Shown here: one piece after another, positions 12,896 through 26,033 of the stretch | How positions within the stretch are numbered: position 1 is the stretch's first letter | How the letters are laid out: every line of letters begins with the position of its first letter | Source: Tubiluchus corallicola | Lineage: Eukaryota; Animalia; Priapulida | Assembly (NCBI GenBank): GCA_030141605.1 | Contig: JAQGDQ010000008.1 | Coordinates: 1,240,001 to 1,304,000, forward strand | Direction: 5' to 3' | Length of the DNA: 64,000 bases | Notes under the pieces: model-generated | Databases searched by the model: none | Told to the model about the DNA's origin: nothing | What the model saw: the letters and a program-made list of their open reading frames with translations, nothing else | Position numbers and translations under genes: made by a program

Positions 12896-13248
12896 CTGAA
12901 ACATACAAAATATATGAAATACACAACGTACAATAAAATTACAATGCCAGGACCAGAGCGGATCTTGTCAAAACCTAGCTAATTTACTGTGAGGCAGTAA
13001 GTTGCCATAAGTACCTTACTGTTGTATAAAAGCAGCTATTTAGAGGTCCACGTCTATTCCCTATTGCAATCCAGTCTTGTTTACCTTCATAGCCAAGCAA
13101 TAAACTACAGCAAGGCAGCTATTCTGATAATAGTGCTGCAAATTTTTGTTTAGTCTAGTGTTCAATGAATTTTAATTTGCGCATACCCTGAATTATAAGT
13201 TTATAAGAAAGAAAACACTGCATTTACAATGTACAAGACTGCAACCTA

Positions 13249-13487
13249 CAGGCTGTTCAAAAAGAAAACAGTGTACGAACAAATGTTATAAATTATATAA
13301 CATACATTGCATACAAAGTCCACTATCAAGTTATATCGAAGGAAAATTGGAACCACACAGATATAAAATTATTTTTACATCACTATGATGTCATATTGCA
13401 GATGTTCAAGTTCATTTTGGAAAGTTTTCCAAAATTGATTACTTCATGCAGCATATCGTCACTGCACTGCTTCTTTGGAACATTCTA
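13249..13487. mobile_element. Degenerate Tc1/mariner-type MITE
   Basis: TA-CAGGCTGTTCAAAAAG left end; right end actgcactgcttctttggaacattcta is the approximate reverse complement of the 37758 copy's left end. Confidence 0.5.
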
Positions 13488-14468
13488 TATACCTCTAAAG
13501 GCATGAATTCAAAACAACTTATTCTAAAAAATGTATGGCTAAGGCTAAGTAACGATGAACTTGAACATTAAAAGAATTGGCAGTCATTATTTAATGATAC
13601 TCTTACACATTTAACAAGTTAATGCAATGCACATATCAAGTGGGGCAGAAAAGTTTAGTCTACAATAATAATAGAAGAAAATGCCCCACAAAGTTAAAAT
13701 ATCACGGTGTGACATTGACAACACATTAATGTTTAGTTGTGACAGTTACAAGTTTATAGTTTTAGTGGTGTAAAGTTACAGCTAAAAACTTTCGCATATT
13801 ATAAAATTAAATGCTGAAACAATGTCGTCTATAATTACTGAAAAATAGCCATGCAGGTGCCTAAAGTATTCAATATATGGCAGCAAAACAATAAAAAAAA
13901 ATCAACCAACTTACATCATGGTCTTCACCACAGAAAATAAAGCACTGATAAAGATTTGTTGCCAAGAAAATTTGGGGTTTAATTCTCTGGATTATAGTAT
14001 CTAGTATTTCATTAAAGAGAAAGTGCATAATACCCGCGTAGAGGCATCTGATGCAAAGGAACTAATTTCAGCTAAAAGCAAGAATTATGAGTAGTGGGGC
14101 CAAATACTCCTTAAAGAAGTGAAAACTGTGTCAGCTGTTGGAGAAAATGCCTTTGTCTAGTTTGTGTTGAAAATGGTGGACAAGTAGAGCATGTGCTGTA
14201 AATTTTATCAATAGTGACACAAAATTTTTTCTGGCATTCATTTTTTGACTAGTAAATTAAAAACTTCTGTACCTTTGGAAAAATCTAAGGGAATGACCAA
14301 AAAACTTTTGTCTGTAATAAATGTCTGTAACATCAACATGCTATAATTTTCAAGTGACTCTCCTGCTTTCTTCTAATAATATTAAAACTCTGGCACACTT
14401 TTTCACGAAACATGATACATATATAATGTTGGTATTTACAAGAAATGCTGTCGAGTGACAATACTAAC

Positions 14469-14637
14469 CAGTGACACCCAGATATGCCAGCGTAATACAC
14501 TTATTGATTTTCAACTCATAGACGCCGGCATCATCTACAGTCGGATTTTTCACAGTAAGAATGTATTTATCACCGTCAATAACGATGTTGCATTTCCTGC
14601 CAGGAAATAATTCTCCCTTGTCTTTATACCATTGTGC
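14469..14637 (-). CDS. unc-22: twitchin-like exon: Ig C-half (AQWYKDKGELFPGRKCNIVIDGDKYILTVKNPTVDDAGVYELKINKCITLAYLGVT)
   Basis: attcag acceptor, G|GTTAGT donor, phase 0-1. Confidence 0.92.
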
Positions 14638-15197
14638 CTGAATAAGAAAAGTTTATTAATCAACAAAAGTTAAGTATAATTCCAGAAGACCAAGAATTTT
14701 CTACACTCCTGAGCCTTCTTGGAAAATTGAAAAGTTTTTAAAATTTATCCAATAGTTGTTATAAGGGCGCAACAAAAAAAGGAAATAAGAATAAAATGGG
14801 AAAGCTCAAAGGAAAACAGGGAATGCTGAAGGTCACCGAAAAATGGACGTAAGCAACAAATGTGCATAACACTGGTGGGAAAACTGGATAAAAAACTGAT
14901 GTTTCAATGAAAATCCAAACAGTAAGGAATAGATAATGGACGAGTGCATGTTACAAAATTTTCGGAACGATTTTCTATAAACCAAGTACAAATAAGTAAT
15001 AATGATTTGTCATTCATTCTATTTGTTGTAAAACACGACCTTCTTGCCAACTGGTATTGGTATAACAAAAGAAAAAGGGCACACAATGTCGACAATGATA
15101 TGTTGTTATAATAATATGTTATACAACATTAACAGTGATTTGATATTACAATGGCACAGTGCTACAACAGTGATACAATGTTAACAATGATACACAC

Positions 15198-15299
15198 CCT
15201 TTGCTCTGGCTTGGAAAAGACTGCCTCAAAAATCACTTTCTTCGTTTCTCCCTGTTTTGCTTGTTTATCGGTGAGATTCTGAAGAAAAGCTTGTTTTTC
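15198..15299 (-). CDS. unc-22: twitchin-like exon: Ig N-half (EKQAFLQNLTDKQAKQGETKKVIFEAVFSKPEQR)
   Basis: caacag acceptor, AGG|GTGTGT donor, phase 0-0. Confidence 0.88.
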
Positions 15300-15774
15300 C
15301 TGTTGCAGAAATAACACACATGCAAGTTATAAAAAATCGTAGAAAAATTTCATTCAGAGTTAAGATGAATAAATGCTTGTTATAATTTTTGGTAAATATT
15401 TTATATATGTATCCAAAAGAGAGACATGATAAAATAATATTAATATGCAACTCAGTATTTTAACAGTTAAGTTTGTTAATCATAAACAAAATTGAATCTT
15501 AATCACAAAAACAGAGAAAGAAAAACAAGGCATGTACAAATTGCCACACAACTTAAAATAAACAGCAGGCTGAACCAATGTCATAATTTTCCCATGCAAA
15601 TGTTTCAAATTCAGTGTTATACCATACTTTTCTGGAATTCATGGTGTGTGTTTTTTGTTTGTTGAATAAAACATTGTACTAGACATAAATGCAAATAAAA
15701 AAGTCGCAAAAATTCTGTTAAAAATAAACGTCTTATAGGCTCTGTTTTGTCACTTCTGTCATTATCATTAAAAT

Positions 15775-15905
15775 TTGTTATTGTTATTGTTGTTGTTGTT
15801 GTTGTTGCTGCTGATGCTGTTATTAATATTACTAATATCGCCGTCATCGTCGTCGTCATCATCATCATCATCGTCGTCATTATCTTCATCATCATCATCA
15901 TCAAC
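15775..15905. repeat. Compound trinucleotide microsatellite (TGT/CGT/CAT)n
   Basis: ttgttgttg..., cgtcgt..., catcatcat runs. Confidence 0.9.
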
Positions 15906-18414
15906 ACTATTGTAAAATAGGTTACATGCATAGCTTTGATGTTTCACAGACCACTATTATGGATCATTATTATCACTTGTGTAGACAAGTTCTATTAAAT
16001 GTGATCTGGTACATTCTGCTCACATCACCCATTTGATCAAACGTAGAAATGAATCATTAGCCTTGGTATCGAAAGGATTTCAAATCTCTTGACCACACAA
16101 GAAATTCTTCTCCTAAAGCTGTTGCTTTTTACTTTTTAGTAATAAAACTAATCAGCAAAATGTAAGACTGGTCGTTATGCAATTTTTGATAGCAAACTTT
16201 TGTCTCAAATAATAACTAGTTAATGAAATTGAAAATTAAACATAAAACAAAAACAAGTAGGAAAGTGGGAATATTTAGTTATTTTGCTTAGTAGAAGCAG
16301 CACTTGCATGAAAAATGATAGCAGTTGTGGCAGCCAGAAGTTTATTCTAGTTGTACGTAATTTTAAGCTGATTATACTTACTAGCTGAAGAGTGTAAATT
16401 TACGTGAAGAACATCGTCAGGTTGTAATAAGCATGGAAAATAAGTAAAACAAATGTTTACTTCGTGCTTAATAACGAATCAAAATAAATTTACTATATAA
16501 AACAGCACTACTGTTAATCTGTGACAGGCAGAAAATTAATGCATTTTTCTAGATCTCTACTGCTTGTAATCACTAGATTGGCAGACAAAAGGTCGTAGGT
16601 TCGATTCAACTTTGAACTAAAGTTTTTTTGTCAATCCAGAAATTACATTCTTACGGGCAGCAAAATAATAAAAATGCATTAATTAATAAAGATTATTAAT
16701 CACTAAAACAAAAATAATGAACAAATAAACTACGAAAACTAGTAAATAAAAACACTACAAATGCAAAATTCATAAATCATATCAAAGTAAAATATTACAA
16801 ACTAAGGCATCTTTGGTTCACGAAATACTAATTTTGTACAATAAGTGCTTATGACTATTGACTTATTGTAAAAAATCGACCAAATGACATAAATTAGACA
16901 AAGTAATAAAAATGTATTGATAAACAAATCACTAAATCAAATGCTTTGGGAGCAGGTTTTCATTTCAAACCAGGCAACCAGGCTTGGCACCAATAACACT
17001 AGTGCACAAGCCTAAAAATAGCTATTAGTGGTAATATGGCTCAGCTGTTACGTAAGCGGATAAAAATTTGGTCTAGAAGAGCCAGAAACAGTTAAACGAA
17101 AAATTTAAATGCTGATGCACACGACAAAAAACACGTGCTAAATATTTTATGAGAAACCTTGATTAAAAAAGTCACTTATACAGTGGCAGATGATTAATTG
17201 AAAAATGAGCGGTAGAAAGACATTAGCATGTTAAGTTGCAGATTAATGAGATGCAAAAGTGAGAAAGCAATTTATGGAAAAATGCAAAAATGCTCAGAAT
17301 TTACAAAGCTTAAAATGCATAAAAGAACGAAGCAGCTGTCAGCAGCATGTAAACAGCAATTAAACACTTACTAAAAAAAAATCTTAATTTAAGCAATATA
17401 GTGAGAGTGGGAGTAAGAACATACGGAAAAAATTGTCAAGAAAACTTTACACAAAATTACTCAAATACTGCATTATTTAAATCTTTGTGAATACCAAATA
17501 ATCTGCAGTTTTTCCTGCCCTCATAATTCCAACGTGTTTAATTTCTAAGTGAAAACTAAATCATTAAACATGCTGAGCAAAAAGCCTACAAATGTCTTTT
17601 AGAAGAAAAATCATTTAGAAGAAAAAATCATGAATTTTGTGTTTTGCTTACTACACATACCCTTTTAACAGTTGGCTGTCTGCCAAGTGAGACCCCATAA
17701 ATGTGATTTGACTCATTTCCCAGAGCTTGTTCAGGTTTCTCGCTAGTTTACCATAGAAAATGTTTAAATGCAAATCAAGCACCTAAGCTCTTTAATTTGA
17801 GCATAAAATAAGATCTAGCAATCGCAGCATTTTGTAGAGCAACACAAAACTCGAATGCGGTGCAACATTTCTCTAGTTTCCTTTGGATGGCCTTGAGCAT
17901 GTTAAAGTGGGTTCTCGAAACATGATATGCCTACCGTCAATATTCATGCGAGAAGTTTCTAAACAAAGTAACCTCCTACACACAGTATTCCTGAAGCATC
18001 AACTGAGTTTTGTCATGGTAACTAATCCTTTATTAAGCTGCAAATGGGGTTTGGAGAAGATATATCTGACGTTCAAACAGGTACATACTTGTCCCAAACA
18101 ATAACTACAATTTACATCCACTTAGAAGTGTCAGAAATGCTTTAAGGCTATTGTAAATACTACTATAACTTCGTTATTTCTGTGGTTTTTTAGGTCTTTG
18201 ATAATTCTTGTAATAACGTTATAATATTCTTACTATATTTAAAACATGTTTTCTGCTAAACTTATTTTAATTGGACATTTAGGGCAATCCGTGTTCTTCA
18301 GGAAATTTGCCATGCTATAGTACATGCAAATACGTGCAGTGAATAACTCTTGAAAAATTATTTTAAGATTACAAAATGCAGTAAGTTTGACACAAAAAAG
18401 AAAAGACAACATAC

Positions 18415-18474
18415 GTCCTCATCTTCACGTTTCTTTCTCTTTGTTGGCTTTAGCTGCACTGGAGGAATTTCAAC
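18415..18474 (-). CDS. unc-22: twitchin-like exon: linker (VEIPPVQLKPTKRKKREDED)
   Basis: tttatag acceptor, GAC|GTATGT donor, 60 nt, phase 0-0. Confidence 0.85.
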
Positions 18475-18942
18475 CTATAAACAATCAACAATTAAAGATA
18501 AACAATGAGATTTCTGCAAACTAGACAAGTGTGACTAAAATTAAAAAGCAAGCTTAACAAATTCTCTTGTACAATCAAAAGAAATTGTTTTCATTCAAAA
18601 TTCATTCATTTAAAATTCAAAGCTCTTTTTTACAGTTTGGTATTCTGTAAGCTGAAATCCAGTTTTCAATGACAGAGCATACACAATAAGGATGTTTGTC
18701 ACAGGACCAGAAATATACAAATATTAGCCACTGAAGATTCAGATGTGGATACATGCTCCTACGGCAAAGTAAACACTTGCAATATTATTTTGATGATATT
18801 AATAAAGTTAACTGCATAATCGGCAAACAATTTCATTTAACGGCATGAACGCAACCATCGGTTTTGCCTCAAGCATTAATGACGTCATAAATGTGACTGC
18901 TGTCATTGTTAACCATACACGTAGTAGTCACACATATCACAC

Positions 18943-19073
18943 CTGTGAGGACCGTCGTCTGTTATCACCGACTTCAGGTTTCAGACCGCCATAGTCGGGA
19001 TCCATTCTTTCTAACTCCCAGTCCTCATACTGCCGATGTTTAAGCAAGTTACGGAAATCCACCGCACCTTCGG
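18943..19073 (-). CDS. unc-22: twitchin-like exon: DFRxxL and PKA-site linker (EGAVDFRNLLKHRQYEDWELERMDPDYGGLKPEVGDNRRRSSQ)
   Basis: ttttcag acceptor, CAG|GTGTGA donor, phase 1-0. Confidence 0.9.
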
Positions 19074-20262
19074 CTGAAAATGAAAAATGCAATGTGTTAA
19101 CTCACCAACAATAGGATGGCATACATTGCAACAATGGTGAAATTAGGATATTCAAAATTAGTTGTATATAATTTTAATTTCAAAATTGCTAATGACAGAA
19201 TAAACCCACAGCAATTGAAATTTTAAACCAAACTTCACCAAAAAGAGGGAAAAATGGAAAAGTTGGAATTAGATTCAAATGTGCTAGGTTCAAATCCATG
19301 CTCAGTTCTGGTATTTTCACATTTTTCCTATTTTTTTTATTAAGTCTGATCAAAACTATTTAAGTGTTTATTCCATCATTAGGAAATTCAAGCTTAGCAA
19401 TACTAAAAGGACAAAACAATTTACATAACCACATTATCATATTATTCACAGTCAACTTAGAAGTGTATGGACTTCTCAACAATTAATCTCGGGAAGTTTT
19501 TTATATGAAGAAAAATTATTGCTCAAAAATAATAATCGGGATGAGAAGTTTATCTAATTTGCAAAGCTCCCCAATTCTAGTAAACAGATGATGTTTCATC
19601 TGACCGACTTATGATGCTTGGCACACTCGTTTGATTTTGTAATGATATTTTGTGCCTTGGTATTGAAATATCACAAATGTACTAATTATTTCTTTTGGCT
19701 TGATTTCTAGCATTAAGAATGACACTTGTGTCGAAACGATCATCTGCACTTAATAAATATCATGTTCATTCTTAAAAAGGTCCTTTCAAAACATGTTAAC
19801 CACTCCATTAACAGCATTTTGACAAATGTCTTGTGGTGCTGGTTAAACCAAGCTAAATAAAATCTACTAGATGCTACAAAAAAAAACAGAAATTAGATGA
19901 TAATATCCAGATCATAATAGCCACACAAAAAACGTCATAGCATTTGGCCTATGCAAGTTCGCAAATCAACTGCAGTTAGGCTGCTTATAAATCCAGTTTG
20001 TTCTCGTGGGCGGCCTACCTATGGAATTGTTCACCAAAAAATTGTTTTTCTGCTAAATGCAACTTCACCTGCTTCGAGTACATTACCAAGTATCGTCTAT
20101 CACTAACAAATCAACTATTATACATATTTCCATTTTTCTGCTGCAACCTTTAACCCTGAGTGGCAATTATGGGCTTATTTGTGGGCAACTTGGGAGCAAA
20201 CACAAGCATAGCTGATTTTAATTTTATTCAATTGGCTAAGAAAGCACAGTAACTTAACCCAC

Positions 20263-20385
20263 CGGCTATCATTATTTTGAAATTTTCCTCTGCGTTGCCC
20301 TGAGAATTGTCAAGTTTAATTGTATAAAGTCCATCATCAGCAGTTTTCATATTCCTAATCTGCATCGTTACCAAGTTTTTGTCTT
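20263..20385 (-). CDS. unc-22: twitchin-like exon: Ig (DKNLVTMQIRNMKTADDGLYTIKLDNSQGNAEENFKIMIA)
   Basis: tttatag acceptor, G|GTGGGT donor, phase 1-1, DxGxY motif. Confidence 0.9.
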
Positions 20386-20648
20386 CTATAAACAAAAAAA
20401 CCGTAATAAATACAATAGGTCAGCATAAAAGTGCATAGGACACAATTCATCAAACTGTAGTCTGCACATTCCATGAACAAAAGTGTTCACATGTTCACAC
20501 AGTAAAAACACAAATCGATGAAACTAGTTTATGATTTAACTACAAGTTGCTAATACACAATCTCAAAAGTTTTAATATAATGCAAATTTGAATAAATATC
20601 ACATATTATGTGTATGCATGTTAAACTAGGAAATGTCAGTGAACTTAC

Positions 20649-20762
20649 CATCAATGTAATACACATATCGTAAACCGGGAAACAATTCTCTGGAACCTTT
20701 GTACCATCGAACTCTAGGAGCCGGGTTACCGCCGATCCTAATATGAACTTCACCGGTTGTTT
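20649..20762 (-). CDS. unc-22: twitchin-like exon: Ig (TTGEVHIRIGGNPAPRVRWYKGSRELFPGLRYVYYID)
   Basis: attcag acceptor, G|GTAAGT donor, phase 1-1, GxPxPxVxWYK motif. Confidence 0.92.
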
Positions 20763-20944
20763 CTGAATTGAAAAAAAGATGAAAGTGAAGCAAAAATTAA
20801 AATGAATTTCAAGTGTCTGGTATTATGATGCAGCAATCAGAAAAAGAGTGATTTCATTAAGTATTTTAATTATCTAAAATCTGTTGCACATGTAAGTTGC
20901 ATCAGAAATTTTCGACAGTTCAGATTATATTATATCCTACTTTC

Positions 20945-22486
20945 CAGGGCAGGATTAAGGTGTGTTGGTGCCCTAAGCATACCCGGCTGTCTCCTTTGCC
21001 CCTATGCAAGTTCTCCGGCTAAAAGCATACGTATTATGTAATAAAGTTAAGTGACACTATATAAAAAACAAACTTCATTACTTTATATTATGCACTTATG
21101 CAATTAAATTCTCTATTGTCCTAAAAATGAAATTTTAATTAAATTAAATCAGCCATAATCATATCACTACACTTCATAATCTAAAATAGCTCCATAAGTT
21201 TGTACACCTTTCCTAAACACTGGCAACTTGTTTTCCTATAAATAGCAAGTAGTACTAGAAGTAATTAGTAATAATTGTGTTATCATATTAGATGACTCGA
21301 TGCACTGCGCAGTGATGGATCAAGGATGTAATTACGAGATGCTGTCATTGCTGTGAAATCTTGAATAAAAACTCTTAAGAGCTTGTAAAGTTGTAAGTCT
21401 GCATCATATGTGACTTTTGGTCTAGAATGATGCTAAACAGGAACTTTAAATGACCCAACTGCATATATGAGCCATTCCTGTTAGTTACAAATGTTGTAGC
21501 TGAAGTGTTGCCAACTTGCAATGTCAATAAGTGAAAGCATGGTGACAAAAACTGACATTAGGCGCTAAATTTTGATGTTATTTAGCAAACAGGATAACAA
21601 AATTATTTAAACTAAACTTGCTAAAGATACTTGTTTTTCTTTTTTTTGTACATTACTAGTCAACATTTGAGTGTTAGTATCATCAATATTGTACATAGAA
21701 TATTCCATTTTTCACTATAGACTTACACTTTTAGGCATAGGATGCTTTGCCACAGAAGCAATTTGGGACTGTCTGTTTTGGCACATGTTATCTGGCCGCA
21801 TGGGTCATTTGGACACATATGCTATTTGGACACAAACATTTGACACTTTTAAGTGTAGGACATGTGCAGCATATTTCTCATTGTCCAATGTTTCAGAATC
21901 ACCATTTCTGATTGACGAACAGCAACTCACCTTTTGTGGTTAACCTTATTCCAGGTGAAAAGACATGAGAAACAAAATCATTTCCGTTCATGTGCCTAAC
22001 AGCAATGGCTGTTAATAAGACTGTATAAAACGGAAGAACACCTCTACTTTTTAATAGTTTCTCAGAAGTTTGACAGCAATCGCAGCTGCACATGAGTTTA
22101 TTCTTAAGCTAATGTTTAATCAAATACCTATAATTTTGTGCTGAAATATTCTATGTGAATAAATTTTATGATCAGCAGTATAGCACAAATGGATGTGTAG
22201 TTGTGCATGACCAATAAGTTTAAGCCCTTCTTTTTTTGATAGCTTTAGACCCGCGAATTACTTAATCCGCCCCTGCTATGATGCTATGTAAGGGTATGCA
22301 AAACAACCCAGCCAAGGTGCCTCATTCTTCTGTAGCTATCTAACTCACGTTTTGTACTATGAAGGACTTTTAAGGGCTTTAACATACCTTATTAAAATTT
22401 TCTACTTATTTTTTGCCAGCTTGGCACCCCTGAGCCATGGTGTCGTAAGCATGTGCTTAGTTTGTTTATATGTTAATCCAGCCCTG
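20945..22486. mobile_element. Non-autonomous hAT-type element, 1542 bp
   Basis: TIRs cagggcaggattaa / ttaatccagccctg; perfect 8-bp TSD ctactttc at 20937-20944 and 22487-22494. Confidence 0.88.
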
Positions 22487-23219
22487 CTACTTTCTTACTG
22501 TAAACTACCTGAATTATGCGTGTACATAGCAAATACTGTAATTACTAACAATTGTTATGTTTGTTTGTTTGTCTGTTAAGCTTTAGGTAAATTTTGTTTG
22601 TTTATTGCACCAGTGATATTATACAAATAAATGAGAATTAGGAGTGCACAAATGGATAGCTAGAATTTAAAGCAGCTTTTCACAGAAAATGTCACAAGAT
22701 CAAAATGCAATGGCATTCAGATAAAAATGGAAAACAAAAATGCCAACAAATTTTCGAAAAAATAGATTTTTGCACTATTTTTGGCATTTTTCAGTAGTTA
22801 CACGTAAATAATATTTCTATTTTAATTGAAATTTGAAGTAATCTACAAATACAAAAGTATTATAAACACTTAATCACAAAACATTTGGAAGGTCAATGTA
22901 CAAATCTCCTTTTGCTCACCATATCTTATAATACAAGCATGAAATACTTGATTGTAGTTGACAGAAATCATGCAAGAAGTTCACATAAGTATTGTTTGAT
23001 CATGTTGATAAAGGTTTGTTTGGTTATTTAATAAAAGGTCTCTCTCGGTGGGCTCAACAAAGCTGTCTTAATCAAAGTGTGTCACTGACATAGCTGAATG
23101 TATTACCAACTATCTTACAAACTTACTATCTAGCTAATAAAAACAGCTATTACACGTACTAAATTTACTTGTAGAGAACAATATTTAGTTATTACAATTT
23201 GCACTGAACACCGAATTTG

Positions 23220-23412
23220 ATAATAAGGTAGGTAATAGTGATGATGACAAAAACAATGACAACGAGTAACACCAAGAATAAGAACAAGAACAGCAATAAT
23301 AATAGTAGTAGCAGCAGCAACAGCAAGAGCAACAACAGCAGTAGCAGCAACAACAAACAACAACAATAGCAGTAATAACAAAAACAACAGCGATGACACC
23401 AATAACAAGAAT
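23220..23412. repeat. Compound trinucleotide microsatellite (CAA/CAG/AAT/TAG)n
   Basis: gcagcagcaacagcaag... runs; source of the spurious poly-L/poly-C ORFs. Confidence 0.9.
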
Positions 23413-23498
23413 AACTGTGCAGCAAGATAAAGCGAAGCTTTGGAGGTCTGCACTGTCTATTGCATGTGCATCATTTGCAAAAAAAAATACTAACTTAC

Positions 23499-23765
23499 TT
23501 TCTTGACCAAACCAGTTAGCTGGCTTCTCCATGAAATAAGGGGCACACAAATCATCACCAGTTGGCTGAAGCTTCTTGTCTAAATTGGGTTCATCAAAAT
23601 ACTTCTGTTTCATCTCAAATGTGTGTGTTTCAGAAAGCAGACCAACTTTTTTCCCCCCTAAAGAGCTGCGTCTCCTCGCCAATGCCGGAGTGTTTTCTGG
23701 TTTTAAGCCTCCAGTGCTTTCTCTAGATTCTCTGCGTGATGTGGCCTTTTCACCTTCATTGTCAC
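23499..23765 (-). CDS. unc-22: twitchin-like exon: end of linker (RRES, RRRSS) and start of Ig (APYFMEKPANWFGQE)
   Basis: tgtcacag acceptor, A|GTAAGT donor, 267 nt, phase 1-1. Confidence 0.88.
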
Positions 23766-24362
23766 CTGTGACAAAATAGTAGCAAAATTGAATTTGACTG
23801 ACTTAAAGTAGCCACATCTAAAGTAAATAATTAAATGCTTTTAACATTTTTTTTTACTCTTTGTAACAAATTAGAACACCGACATTCTAAACTTTTTCAC
23901 TCTGTGTTAAACATGTATCTTTCCACATGTCATTTGTACAACATGTTATGTACTGCCTTTACATTGCTGCCAATATTACTACATTGCTACATTACACTGC
24001 CAATATTACTGGTTTAATATTGGCTTATTTGTGTTGTAGTTGATGTGAAATAAGCATATTAACTTTTACAAATAAAATGTGAAGGGTGCCTTGTAAAATT
24101 CTAGTTAGATTACTGTAAACTGTAAAATAGGTAAAATAAAGGCATAATAAAAACTTAAAAGCCTCACATACAAAAGTTTGTTTGCTTTTGTAAAAAATAT
24201 ACTCATTATCTCTAGATACTCCAAATATACTCACTGCAAATTTATTTATATATAAACTTTGATATGCAAAAAAAGCATTAAATCAAATCAAATCAAATGC
24301 AGTTCTTGAGTAAAAACAAAGTACAATGATAAATGTCAGATGTCTATAAATCATAAAGTTAC

Positions 24363-24468
24363 CTGTGACCAAAACTTCAATACTTGGTCTTGGTTTTGAT
24401 TTGCGTTTCGGTCCTTCCTCTTCATACTCTGGTCCTTCACCCTCTTTCTTTACTGGTTTTAATTTTAC
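24363..24468 (-). CDS. unc-22: twitchin-like exon: PEVK-like (VKLKPVKKEGEGPEYEEEGPKRKSKPRPSIEVLVT)
   Basis: atatag acceptor, AG|GTAAC donor, phase 0-1. Confidence 0.85.
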
Positions 24469-26033
24469 CTATATCAAAATGACATATGCAATAAATTAAC
24501 CAATCTCTTCTTAATTATTCAGTTTTTAAGATCATATGTCAGTTTTAGTGCATTTTTAGTAATGACAGTGCAGATGAATCAGACTGGTACTTCAAAACAG
24601 TTACCAACAATCAAATAATGCAATATTTAACAGGTATGTAGAACTTTTGTGTAAACTTACTAAACATTGTTACTAAGCATCAAACTCAGCAAGGACTCAA
24701 CAAGCAGTTTTAGATCAAGATGGCAATGCAATAGTTGATTTTTTTGAGAAATCAAATTTCACAAAACCGAATTATCCGTAGCACTGATAACATGCAACGT
24801 TCTACACATCACCTATTATTTCATCATGTTCTTGACGAGAAAGAATTTAAATGCAATACATCATCAGCAGAAGAAAACTGACAGTCTGTACAAAATCTTA
24901 TCGAGTGAAATTGATGCATGACGCTTTTAAGTGCTTTTTGTTTCTGATGAAAGAACTGACAGTTTATGCAAGTTTATTGAAAGACAGTGATAAGGGCTGT
25001 GTTCTCAATGCTTCTCACTCTTAACAATCTATATACACATTAAATGCTTACAAAAAATGAACAATTTCATTGCTGATAGAAAACCTGACAGTTTGCACAC
25101 CATGTTATTAAATGACAGTGATGTGTAGCACTTTCAGTGAAATTCACTTGCAGAGGAAATGGCCGACTACTAAACAGTATCCATATCAGTATTCACGCAT
25201 GAGCCCATAATTCAGTCCAGAGGGTTTCTTGCAGGAACCAAGGACAATGAATTGATAGTAGTGCCACAATTTAAACCATCTGTGTCGACAGTCTGATATG
25301 GATGACTGCATGCCAACAGTTTTGCCTTGGGATAATTAGTTTCCATAAAAAGAATTTCACGAGGCCAACAAATGACAGAACTTCTAGGTGACCAAATCAT
25401 GCTGAATAGTTACAGTGGACAGTCTAAAAGTATCATTTTATAAAAAAAAAACTATGTCTAGAATAAGTGGAGCGAAATATCACCAGCAATCCAGGATATT
25501 ATGATCTACTATGCAAGTCAGTAAAAAGGTATTCTACTACTGCAACCTAATAGTATAATAACTTATGAGAACACAGCAGAATAGAGTTGACAAGCCATTG
25601 GCATTGCAGCATTTAGTGTTTGCTAGATTAATTTCTGCATCTACTGGTCTTTAGTATAGATTTATTTGAGAATTCTGCCAGCTTAATGCTGTCAGAGAGC
25701 ATCTGCAGATGATTATAAAAACAGCCAGTAACTATAGGCTCTCTAACACTAATAAGCGAAAATGTGACTTTCACATGATCACAAGTGTCTTCTCTAGATC
25801 TCTCATGTCAAAGTATTGTCATCTTGCTTGGCTTAATATACAGTAGGCTGGGAACAACAAGCAAACCCTGGAATTTTTTGAACTGTTAATTATGCGGGAA
25901 CAATATGAAATGCGAAATGCAATAAATAACACGTAATAATTGTCTTGTTTAGAAATCGTCAACGTATAAATAAAAAAGTTGACCACATTTGTCTGTAAAA
26001 AACAGAAAAAACTTGGAAAGCCCTTCCCCTCAC

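Noticed and set aside
15617-15931. Poly-M/T ORF
   Set aside because: Translation of a trinucleotide microsatellite
16570-16615. tRNA-like B-box (ggttcgattc); similar at about 19287
   Set aside because: No cloverleaf; at most decayed SINE fragments
23130-23453. Hydrophobic poly-L/C ORFs resembling a membrane protein
   Set aside because: Intronic microsatellite read-through downstream of the true donor at 23498
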